Assembly: GCA_964016885.1 (NCBI GenBank)
Contig: OZ024751.1
Coordinates: 1,116,001-1,180,000 of the forward strand
Source: Eledone cirrhosa
Lineage: Eukaryota
DNA: 64,000 bases
Direction of reading: 5' to 3'
Shown: positions 28,501 through 41,500 of the stretch, one piece after another
How the letters are laid out: the number at the start of each line of letters is the position of its first letter
Position numbering within the stretch: position 1 is the first letter of the stretch
Position numbers and translations under genes: made by a program
The notes under the pieces: model-generated
The model's input: the letters and a program-made list of their open reading frames with translations, nothing else
Databases searched by the model: none
What the model was told of the DNA's origin: nothing

Positions 28501-31500
28501 AGAGACTGTCCCACTGTTCCACTGCCTCGCTGCTTCACTGTCTTATTACAGAGACAGATCCCCACTTTCCACTGCCTCACTGCATCACTGTCTCATTATA
28601 GAGACTGTCCCACTGCTTCACTACCTCACTGTCTCATTATAGAGACTGTCGCACTCCCACGGCTTCACTGTCTCATTATAGAGACTGTCCTACTTTCCAC
28701 TGTCCCACTGCCTCACTGTCTCATTATAGAAGCTGTTCAACTGTCACATTGTCCTAACAGCTCACTGTCTCATTATAAAGACTGTCACACTCTTCCTTTG
28801 CCTCACTGCCTCACTATCTCATTATACTGACAATTCCACTGTCACACTGTCCCACTGCCTCACTCCCTCACTGATTCCCTGTCTCATTATAGAGACTGAC
28901 CCACAGTCCCACTATTACACCGTCCCACTGCCTCACTGTCTCATTATAGAGACTGTCCCACTTTCCATAGTCCGAGGTTGCTGGCGTCAATGAATTTATG
29001 ATCAACCTGAATTACTTTGAGAAGTGTTGACATAGGTTAATGTGGTAGGTATAGATGGTGGTGGTGGTGGTGGGGTAATGTGGTAGGTATAGATGGTGGT
29101 GGTGGTGGTGGGGTAATGTGGTAGGTATAGATGGTGGTGGTGGTGGTGGGGTAATGTGGTAGGTATAGATGGTGGTGGTGGTGGTGGGGTAATGTGGTAG
29201 GTATAGATGGTGGTGGTGGTGGTGGGGTAATGTGGTAGGTATAGATGGTGGTGGTGGGGTAATAAGGTAGGTATAGATGGTGGTGGTGGTGGTGGGGTAA
29301 GGTGGTAGGTATAGATGGTGGTGGTGGTGGAGGAGGGTTAATGTGGTAGGTATAGATGGTGGAGGTGGTGGTGGTGGAGGTGGGGTAATGTTGTAGGTAT
29401 AGATGGTGGAGGTGGTGGTGGTGGTGGAGGTGGGGTAAAGTGGTAGGTATAGATGGTGGTGGTGGTGGTGGTGGTGGTGGTGGTGGTGGAGGTGGGGTAA
29501 TGAGGTAGGTATAGATGGTGGTGGTGGTGGAGGTGGGGTAATGTAGGTATAGATGGTGGTGGTGGTGGTGGTGGTGGTGGTGGTGGTGGTGGAGGTGGGG
29601 TAATGAGGTAGGTATAGATGGTGGTGGTGGTGGAGGTGCGGTAATGTAGGTATAGATGGTGGTGGTGGGGGGAGGGTAATGTGGTAGGTATAGATGGTGG
29701 TGGTGGTGGTGGTGGGGTAATGTGGTAGGTATAGATGGAGGTGGTGGTGGTGGTGGTGGTGGTGGGGTAATGTGGTAGGTATAGATGGTGGTGGTGGTGG
29801 TGGTGGAGGTGGGGGTAATGTGGTAGGTGAGTGTGATTTGGGGATGGATTCTGTTTTGTAAATTCAATTTCTATTTGTTTTCATGTTTATGTTTCAGTTG
29901 TTCAATTGCTCCATATATCCTACCAGCCCCACCACCAACTTCACCATACAGTGTCAGTTGGTAGGACCCCGCCAACACGCTGGTGGTGAAGCCGTTCTGC
30001 ATCTGGACAGCATCGCACAACCATTCAACTACACAATTTACGATTATCCCGTTTATAATTTTTCTGAGGTGCACATCAGTTCAAAAACTGTTGTGGTTTA
30101 TGTAAGTATTTCACGCATGAATGCAGGTTGAGTTAAGGTTGGGGTTGCTAACTTGCCCCCTAACCAGTGACCACATAATATCCAAAGAATTTCAAATTAA
30201 TATTTTTGCTTCCATATATTATATTCTATGAAATTTTCAGTTCGGTGTCCCACACCGACACCTCCACCCCTCCCATATATATATATATGTCTGTATACAT
30301 AGGTATATGTATGTATAGATAATATATATTTATATATACTATATACATGCATTCGAATTCTGTATTTCTAAAGGAATACTGTATGTTTATAAATAAACAT
30401 TTAGAAAGCCATAGCTATGAAAAATACTGGCAGCTAATACCATCCACGGTTGTCCAGCAGAAGCAAGGGGGACAATCGCAGATGCATTTCGAACTCAACT
30501 GGTTCTCGTCAGGACGATATCTCCTGCTCTTGCAACTGCTGGACTTGTTCAAAGCCAAATTCTAATTCTATTCTATTATAAGTTGAGCCAAACAGTGTTG
30601 GTATTAGGTTCCCGCTGGAAAAAGTAGGGAAAAGCGGACGTAAAATGATGATGATGATGATGATGATATAATAATAATTATATATATATATATATGTTCT
30701 GAAAGTACAGTAGCTAGAGTCAGAACGGGATGGAAAAAGTTCAGAGAGCTTATACCACTATTGGCCGCTAAAGGGTTCTCTCTAAAAATGAAAGGCAGGC
30801 TGTATGATGCCTGCATACGAACAGCAATGTTACATGGCAGTGAGACCTGGGCATTGTGTGCAGAGGATATATGCAGACTGGAGAGAAACAAAGCTTGCAT
30901 GCTCCGCTGGATGTATAATAGTAATATACGTGTACGGCAAAGCATAAACAAACTAAGGGATTAGAAATAAGAGGGATCAGATGTTGTTTACTCGAGAGAA
31001 GACTACGTTGGTATGGTCACGTGATGCGCATGAAAGACGACAGCTGTATAAAAAAGTGCAGGGCAATAAAGATAGACGGTAGCCACGGAGTAGGCAGACC
31101 CAGAAAAACCTGGGACGACTTGATAAATTCCGACCTCACACACTTACACCTCTCCAAGACAATGTCACTGGACCGAGATCTTTGGCGCTACACAGTAATA
31201 GAGAAGACCCGCCTTACCTAAGTGCAAAGTGAAACCTACCACAGTCAGTAGGCACCTCTAACAAAATACACCCCCGTCCCACTACCACACCCCATCAACA
31301 CCACCCCTTTCAATGTAAAGTTATGTTGGTACCACAACATCCAGCCCGAAACAAATGAGGTCGTGTAGGTGTCACGACAAAAAAAAACACACAGTCCACG
31401 CTGTAATGTGGCCGTGTAGGTAACACGGTAAAAACCTCACAGTTCCATACTGTAAATGTGGTTGGTGTTAGGAAGGGCATCCAGCCGTAGAAAACCCGCC

Positions 31501-31613
31501 AGACAGTCCTATGCGAGCAAGACAACCACTCTTGCCTCAAGTGGGAAAACTCCCGTCCAAACCCATGCGAGCGTGGAATATGGACGTTAAACGAAGATGA
31601 TGAGATGATGATG

Positions 31614-31680
<67 letters not shown>

Positions 31681-32661
31681 GAAAAATAAGAAGTTAGAAG
31701 TTGGGATTATCCATCATCAGTTGTCTACTAGGCGCCATAGGCATTTATTCGCATTAAAGACATGATTCCTCGGCCTAGGGCGAAATAATAACTATAATAA
31801 GTTATTGGGATAAAGAGAAGTGGACGGAGAAAGAGAAGGACACATATATATATATATATATATACACAATATATTAACAAATGGAAACTATATTTATAAA
31901 ACCATATTTATTTCATTATACATATTTCAAGGACACCAAGTTAAATTATGGTGTGCTTTCATCAGATAAAATATAATATAGAGCAGTTTTATAAATAAAT
32001 ATTGACATACCCTTAAAGAATGCGACCATTTCTATCCGGAAGCTTCCAACAGAAATGGTCGCATTCTTTAAGGGTATGTCAATATTTATTTATAAAACTG
32101 CTCTATATTATATTTTATCTGATGAAAGCACACCATAATTTAACTTGGTGTCCTTGAAATATGTATAATGAAATAAATATGGTTTTATAAATATAGTTTA
32201 CATTTGTCAATATATCGTATTTTTACTCCAATAATTTGTTGAGTGCTTTATATCAGTTATAATAATATTTGCTTGTTGTATCCCAACAATTTAAATAGAA
32301 CTTCTACATATATATATATATATATATATTGGGTTTAGGAAGGGCATCCAGCTATAGAAATCAAGCCAAAATCAGTTCCTGTATGAGCAAGGCATGGTCA
32401 GCCGACCAGACACTGCCCACAACAGGACAACCCGTCTAACCCATGTTAGCATGGAAGAACGGACGTAAAACTGTGATGATGATGATGATATATATATATA
32501 TACAGACACACATAATGCACTGTGGTAAGATGTACTGTCTTTAATGCGTCAAAACATCAGTGACCCGCAGCAGACAGCCGAAGAGGAGGAAGTATCCTTA
32601 TGTTTGTGTTTCTCTTACATTTTCTAAACTACACACACACACACACATATATATATATATG

Positions 32662-32758
<97 letters not shown>

Positions 32759-33099
32759 CTGTTGCTTCACCATTTTGTTTGTTTACACTCGCGTCCCCTT
32801 TATTTACGTGTCCCAACGACTTTTTTTAGCCGTTACTCGCACCAACCGGAGGTATATGGTCTTTAAAGCGATGAAATGCATATGATGGTTGGAAGATCAC
32901 TGATGAAGGACAAACTTTTTTGTATATATATATATAATAAATACAATATCGAAGAAAGCTTTTTAGCGATACTCCATATATATACACATATATATGTATA
33001 TATATGAACCAGTTGGTTCCTATTACCCACTCTACTACCCAAAGTATTAAGTACTTTGGTGCGTTATGGTCCACCTGGTTCCTTACCACATTTCCTTCG

Positions 33100-33158
<59 letters not shown>

Positions 33159-33437
33159 CATAATTGTTTCTACTTTAGGCACAAGGCCAGCAATCACCCA
33201 GTGCATTACTGGTACTTTATTTTATCGACCTCGTAAGGATGAAACCTTAATATCATTATGTATATATATATACACAATGATATTAAATAAATGGAAACTA
33301 TATTTATAAAACCATATTTATTTTATTATATATATTTCAAGGGTAACCAAGACTAATAAAATAAATATGGTTTTATAAATATAGTTTCCATTTATTTAAT
33401 ATCATTGTATATATAATATATATATATATATATAGAA

Positions 33438-33469
<32 letters not shown>

Positions 33470-33489
33470 ATATACATATCCATATACAA

Positions 33490-33581
<92 letters not shown>

Positions 33582-36500
33582 ATATATACATATGCATATA
33601 CAAACACATATATATATGTACATATATATCATCATCATCATCATTTTACGTCCGTTTTCCCTGCTTGCAAGGGTTGGATGGGTCCCATTCAGCATCTTTC
33701 CACTTGCCACGGTCCTTCGTCATCTCCTCGGTTAGTTTCAGCCATCTGAGGTCTGCTCTCACCACATCCGCCCATGTTTTACGTGGTCTACCTCTTCTGC
33801 GTCTTCCTTCTACTGGGATTTCTTGGCACTTCTTTACCCACCGGTTATCCTCAGCCTTCTCTCCTGCACACCACAACTTATCCCTCTTATACCCAGCTTC
33901 TTTCTCAACTCATCCATGCTTGGTCGTTAATGCACATTGACATTGCACATCCAAGGGAGCATACTTGCTTCATTTCTCTCCAGCTGTCGGTATCCTCTGC
34001 AGTTGCCGCCCATGTCTCACTACCATGCAGCATCGCGCATCTCACACAGGCATCATATAACCGTCCTTTCGTATGCAGGGAGAAACCCTTTGTCAACAAA
34101 GGAAGCAGCTCCCTAAACTTCTTCCAACCCGTTCTTATTCTCGATACTATGGCCTCGGAACATTGGAACATACCCCTCTCATGCTCACCTAGGTACCGGA
34201 AGCTATCAACCACTTCTATAGAACCCACCTGCATTGGAAAAATGTGTCTATCACTGCGATTAATATTGCCAACTTTCCCTGTACATCTACTGCATATGTA
34301 TTTCTCCCTACCTGTTAGTTTGCCTGCTATCCCACTACATCTCTTGTGTACCCAAGATCTGCATTGCGTACATTTTATGGAATTTATGCCAGTTCCTTTT
34401 CTACATATCGAACATGGCTATTTCCCTGATGGAATCGGAGTACTATCTTCTCTTCTACTTATCAACACTTTTGTCTTAGTTATGTTCACTCTCAGTCCTC
34501 TTGATTCCAACTGCTGTTTCCATAGCCAGAATTTATTCTCTAGCTCCTCTACTGATTCTGCTATAAGTGCCAGATCATCAGCATAGAGAAGTTCCCATGG
34601 GCAGCCAGTCTTAAACTCCTCTGTTATGGCTTGGAGGACTATAATGAACAAGAGCGGGCTGAGGACCGAACCTTGATGTACACCTACTTGTATCTGGAAT
34701 TTCTCACTAAACTCCATTCCTACCCTGACTTTACTGACAGCACCCCTGTACATGGCTTACACTGTCCTCACAAGCATTCCTCTACACCTAGTTTCCTTAG
34801 GGACCACCAGATGACAGATCGGGGTACTCTATCAAAGGCCTTCTCTAGGTCAACAAAGGCTAAGTATAATGGCTTATTCTTCTCTAAGAACATCTCTTGT
34901 AGTTGCCTCACCAAGAAGAGGGCATCTGTTGTACTTTTCCCAGGTACAAAACCAAACTGCATCTCATCTAATTTGACCCTTTCTCAGTTGCTCTAATATT
35001 CTCTCTGCCACTTTCATAACCTGATCCATCACCTATAATTTCTCCTCTCTAGAGCATCCCCTTTACATTTGTAGCAATTTATGAGAATACTGCTGCACCA
35101 GTTTTTGGGTATGACACCACCAGATATAACTTGATTGATGATGCTTGCAACCAGTTTCACCTGATGCCTTCAGCATCTCAGCAACTATCCCCGATGGTCC
35201 TGCAGCCTTACCACTATTCATTTCCTTAATTGCCTCTTGTACCCTATATTCATCAATCTCAATAGCTGGCCCCTCTGTTGGGTTTACTGGGGCTAATTTC
35301 TCTGTCCCATTCATTCTCCACATTCATCAGCCTCTCATAATGACATTTCCAGGCGTCCTTTTTGGGATCATTCGTAATACTAAGTACACCGGTATCATTC
35401 TGGACACACTTATCTCCAACAACATCCTGATTTGCACTGACACATTGCCTTGCAATGTGGAATACCGTACGCCTCTGATCTTCCCGTCGCAGAACATTGG
35501 CAAACCTCCTACTCTCAGCCCCCTGCGTGCTAAGTACACCTGACGTCTAGCTTCTCTCTTAGCAGCTGTATATCCTTCTCTACTCCCACCATTTTTCCAA
35601 CCCTTCCATGCCAGTCTTTTGTCTCTAATGGGCCTATTTACCATGCTGTCCACCACCAGGTCACTCTCTGTCTGGTTGAAGCTCTGCCCCAAGTACAAGT
35701 GTCTTCCGTAGCCTGCAGTAAGTTGTCACGTAAGAAATTCCAGTTATTATCTATGTCATACAACTCTAAATCGTCTTCTTTTTCGACGTACTCGTCTTGA
35801 AGGGCTTTGCTAAATTTATATTTTAATGAAAGGTCTTTTAGCTTCCAGACTTTTCTTTTCCTCACCTTCCTGTATGTCTCATTCTTTCTCATGCTTACTG
35901 AGATGTCACTAACGACTAACCTATGCTGTGGGGTACATTCTTCCCCAGGGTATGCCTTAGTATTTAACACCATCTGTTTGTCTCGCTGTCTAACTAGCAG
36001 GAAGTCAATCTGGCTTATGTGCTCGCCTGATTTGTAGGTTATTAGGTGGTTGGTAGGCTTCTGTAACCAAAACCGTGCCCAACATGTACCCCAGTATATC
36101 CATCCTGTAACTGTCCAACATGACCATTGAAGTCCCCTGCTAGCATAACGATGTCTCTGTTCTCTGTCATTGAGGCTGTTTGTAAAAGTTGCTCGTAAAA
36201 GCAGTCTTTCTCTTCTTTGCCTAGGCCTGCCTGGGGAGCATAGGCAGAGATGATTGTCAGTAGTCTCTTGCCTACAACTAATCTAGGCTTAATTATTCTA
36301 TTACTAGCTCTAACTAACTCCATTGTCTTATTGATCCACCTCTCAGCCAGTAAAATGTCCACACCAGCTAACCCATCATCATTACCCACCCAGAAAAGCT
36401 TATAACTAAGATGTTTGCCTGCGATTAGTCTTGCAGATGCACCTCTCCATCTCACCTCTTGCAGACAGCACACATCCACATGCCTTCTCTCCAGCATCTC

Positions 36501-38482
36501 CGCTATCTCACCAGATCTACCTGTTAGAGTGCCAACATTAAGTGTGGCAACTCTGAGATGCGCGTCTCTTTTTTTTCCTGTTATGCGATTGCTTGATGAC
36601 AGTCGTGGGGTTCTCGCACATGGCCGCACTAGCCACCCCACTACCGTGCGCAGCTCTAACATGGTTAGTGTTATTGCTGTTTATGCAGTTATTGCAAATT
36701 TCAATCGTTGTGTTCATAGTGTTTGGCAGTAGTATATATACTGGTTGGATGCTCTTCCTAACACCAGCACCACTTTACAACATGGACTGGGTGCTTTTAT
36801 TTGTGCAACCAGCACTAGAGAGGTTGTCTTACTGGACTCAGGAACCTTATCCACCTCTCCATTTTACAGCATGGACTGGGTGCTTTTATTCGTGCCACCA
36901 GCACTAGAGAGATCGTCTTACTGGACCCAGGAGCTCTATCTCCCCCTCCATTTTACAGCATGAACTGAGTGCTTTTATTCATGTCACCAGCACTAGGGAA
37001 GTTGTCTTACTGGACTTAAGGGACTTCTCTACCCCGCACCAATTTATTCGGAGTGGTAGCTCTCCTAGACGGGTTGCCTACACTACGGCCTACGTAGCCT
37101 CCGTCCACCCCTTGTCTGCTCGATAATATATTCACAAGGGAACGGTTATCATACAGAGTCGGGCATGTATACCAAACATGGTGGAGGTTGGGCGGGTGGA
37201 TGGGAAATGAGAACGAAATATGGCTATACGCACAAATTTAAATATTAACATTCACATCACATAAACATACACATATACACACATATATATTTTTATACAT
37301 ACATATATACATGTCACATATCTACATAAATATATAAATATGTACAAATCTCATGCGAACCAAAAGATTTGGACATACGAATAATAATAATAAACTTGAA
37401 CTTATGTCAATGGATTCTCCAAATTATGTATCATATTCAACCAAGAGGTCTTACTCCGTTTTAGACCGTTAGCGAATACACTTCCGCTCCATCAGAACAA
37501 ACTTAAATATGGCTATACGCACAAATTTAAATATTAACATTCACATCACATATACATACACATATATACATATATATATATATATACATATATATATACA
37601 TACATATATATATACATTTCACATACCTACATATATATATATATACTTGCGTTGCCCTCCTGACTGAGGGCAGTGAGCGCCTGGCAACATTCCAGGTGCT
37701 ATTTGCCAGGTCTCAGTCAAAATGACGAGCTGCTGAACGGTGACCACACCTGCCCTTCATTGTTGCTGTTGCCATTAGTGTTGTTATTGTTGGTGGTGTT
37801 GTCGTTGTTGTTGTTGTTGGTGTTGTTGTTGTTGGTGTTGTTGTTGTTGGTGTTGTTGTTGTTGGTATTGTTGTTGTTGGTGTTGTTGTTGTTGGTATTG
37901 TTGTTGTTGGTGTTGTTGTTGTTGGTGTTGTTGTTGTTGGTGTTGTTGGTGTTGTTGTTGTTGGTGGTGTTGGTGTTGTTGTTGTTGTTATTGGTGTCGT
38001 CATCGTTGTTGTTGCTACGCACGTCATAGTTGCAGTTGTTTTTCTCATTTTTTTCGTCATTCTCTCTATTGATGTTGTCGTTGCTATTGTTGTCTTCCTT
38101 ATTGCAGTTATCACTGCCTCCTGTTTTGTTGTTGTTGGTGCAGTTGTTGTTGTTGCTGGCGATGTTGCCTGCAATGGTGGTTGTGTTTACACAAGTAACA
38201 ATTGTAGGAATTGGCGTGGTGTCACTCCTCTCAATGTTTCAGCTTCTGTCACATGACAGCTGACTGGACGGGATGTGCTGCACTTCGTTCATACTTTTTT
38301 CGCTTGAAAGCGAATAACAAATAACAAATATTTGGGCTGAGGGCCCCAATATTATTGGGGTTCCGTTCCTTAGGGCAAGGTGGATGCTTTATAACAAAAT
38401 ACCAATTTAAACAACTTAAATTCACCAACCTATTGCAGCCCAGAATTTCACATCTCATACTTTCGTTGCCAGAAACAACAAC

Positions 38483-38543
<61 letters not shown>

Positions 38544-41500
38544 GGGAATGATACCTAAGGGGTCTAATGACTACTTATCGAAAATCCCAGGAAACCCGCG
38601 TATAGGAGAAATTCAAAAGATAGTACTAATGGGAACTGCCCATATACTAAGGAAGATTCTGTCAATATAAGTACACCACAAGTCTAAACACTAAAGATGC
38701 ATGTGTGAATATGTATGTTCTTTCTTGAACATGGCGGACCTTGTTGTCTCTTGAGGTCACTGGTTGTGACTTGATGATAACTCGTATGAACATAAAGCAA
38801 GATAAATGCAACTGTAATAATAATAATAATAACTTGATACACCACCTATCCCATCACACTAAATATAACAGCCAGATAACGGCAATTTCACCAGCATCAT
38901 AATAATAATTACTATTATTATTGTCTCAAATTAAAAAAAAAAAAAATGTTTAATTCCGATTTTACGGGAATATGTCAACACAATATATAATAAAAATATA
39001 TAATAAACATACGAACACAAACTCATAGATACTACATATCAGTAACCACAACGCCACCGCTGCCACCACCCACCCCATCCATCATTGCTACCACTATCCT
39101 ATCGCCGCCGCCACCACTCCTTCATTGCTACCACCACTATTCCCCTGTTAACTTGAGAGAGAAAGGGGAAGATGGCGGTATCACTAGACAAGGGAGAGGC
39201 TAGCAAAATATATAAATAGATTGACTTAGTGACCTGGCCACCGGCCAAACGTCAACATCAACAACTATGGGACTGCTGGCTCACCCCTTCCTCACCAACA
39301 ATATAAAAAGCCCCGGCACCACCACCACCGACATAGCCAACAACAATAACAGCCAACTACAACAAAAAGTATATTATATTATTGTAATGCACTGGGTGAT
39401 TGCTGGCCTTGTGCCTGGAGTGGAGACAATTATTAATAATTTAATTCTTAAGCCACGCAATGCTCACATTAAGGAACCACTCATGATAATAACAATTTAA
39501 AAAAACAACAAAAAGAAAACCCCGTGACCAAGAAATACCGGGATGGCGGCCGGCGGGGAATAGCCGTGTCTCTAGGGGAGAACGACCCCTCTAGTCTTGG
39601 TTGACACTCGTTCTAGAAGTGGTAACACGAAATGATTACCCCGTGGCGGATAAGGATAAAACGCGACAAAATAAAGTAAATGTCTAATGATAAAATCTCA
39701 TACCGGATCGGTCGTCACCCGGGTAAAAAAGGGCCGCGTCCCTCAGAGAGGAACCAGACTGGGGTCGAAAAATCAGCTAATGGTTCAAACCTTCCCATCA
39801 CTTCGGAGCTGGAAACCTCCCATAACCGGAATACTCCTACTGTTGGCCCTCCATGCTCACCACCAAGAAATCCAAAGAAAAAGAGAGAAAAATGGTCAAG
39901 GGAAGATAATAAAGAAGTCCTTGAGGCTTTCTACACTGCCATGTACTACCCATCAAATACATCGAATACAGAACAGACATATATCAACTGGAAAAAGAAA
40001 CATCCCGAAAACAGAGGCTATATTGACAGTAACAAACTAGCCAATATACGAAGAAATATTGTAAGAAAAAAGTTACTAACTGATATAGAAATTGATCAGA
40101 TCAAGCTATTAGCACAAAGTCAGCGAAGGGAAAATGAAACATGTGTCAGTGAAAACGAGGTAAACTGTAACACTTCGAATCCCAGGGTTGGGGCGGAATC
40201 ACTGGCAACAGAACAAATTAAAGAAAGGATCGAAAAAGTGGAGGGAGTGCATGCTCAGGATGAAACTCCAAATGAAAATAATGAGATCGTAAATGATAGA
40301 GAAATGAATGAGAATGAACTTGCCAACTTGAAGGATGAAATTATGATCGAATGGATGAAAATGAAAGAATCTGACATGGGGCAACGAGACACCCTCCCTA
40401 AGATCCAGAACTCCAAACAGAACCAAAAGATAATACACAAGACTAACATAATTCTCAAAAACATTATCATCACAAACAAACTAAACATTACTGATTTAAA
40501 TCATCTCTATTATGCATCGGCTAAAGTCACCACTCACTTATGTGGAGTGAAGATGAAAAAACAAAGGAATTCCCACAAGAAATCTACTTGGCAAGAGAAC
40601 ATCAATCGCCAAATAAACCTTCTCCGATCTGACATAGAAATTTTAACAAACTATAAAGTAGGTGAACATGTTAAACAAACTAAACTTAGAAAATTGAAAA
40701 AAAGTACAGTATAAAATCAACATGTGACATAGACATGCTGATAGAAATAATCAAGCAAAAAGTGTCGGCCAAAGCTGCTCGTATAAGGCGCTTTGAAAAA
40801 CGATCTAGATTCTATAAGGACAATAATATGTTCAAAAACAACCAAAGAAACTTCTACAGAAAAATTGGTAAGTCAACAATAACTGCTAAATAAATACCAC
40901 CCAAGGAGGAAGTGCAAGAATTCTGGGAAAAGATCTGGGCCGAAGAAAAAGTTCATAACATACATGCCCCATGGATAGACAGACAAATGAAAGATACAGC
41001 TCACCTTGAGGAACAAACATGGGAAAATATAACAGTTGAACAGTTGCGCTTGGCTCTAAGAAAAACCAGCAAATGGAAATCCCCAGGAAAAGACAAAATA
41101 CAAAACTTTTGGATAAATGCCTTCACAGAGTCTCATGAGCTGTTAGCCCAACTTTACAATGAAATAGTTAAGGAGCCAGAACAGATACCATCATGGCTAG
41201 TTAAAGGCATTACATTCCTGCTTCCGAAGAATGATGAGACAAACAATCCCAAAAATTACAGACCGATAACTTGCTTGACCACAATATATAAAATTTTAAC
41301 ATCAGTCCTAACTGAATACACATATGACCACCTGATAACAAATGACCTATTTCCCATTGAGCAGAAAGGGTGTAAACGAGGCTCATATGGCTGTAAGGAT
41401 CAGCTTCTGGTTAACAAAATTATACTGGAAGATTGTCATAATAGACACAAAAATCTATCGATGGTTTGGATAGATTATAAAAAAGCATTCGATAGTTTGC

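Larger units (their letters stand above)
31866..32218. repeat. Near-perfect palindrome (about 168-bp arms) carrying two hammerheads
   Basis: 31866-32033 is the reverse complement of 32051-32218; central ggaagcttcc. Confidence 0.95.

Noticed and set aside
29037-29867. 276-aa Pro/His/Thr-rich ORF
   Set aside because: Antisense translation of the GGT minisatellite.
32895-32970. ctgatgaagg as another hammerhead
   Set aside because: No pairing stem II or correctly placed GAAA.
37673-38174. Poly-Leu, poly-Thr and poly-Asn ORFs
   Set aside because: (GTT)n microsatellite within a probable LINE fragment.
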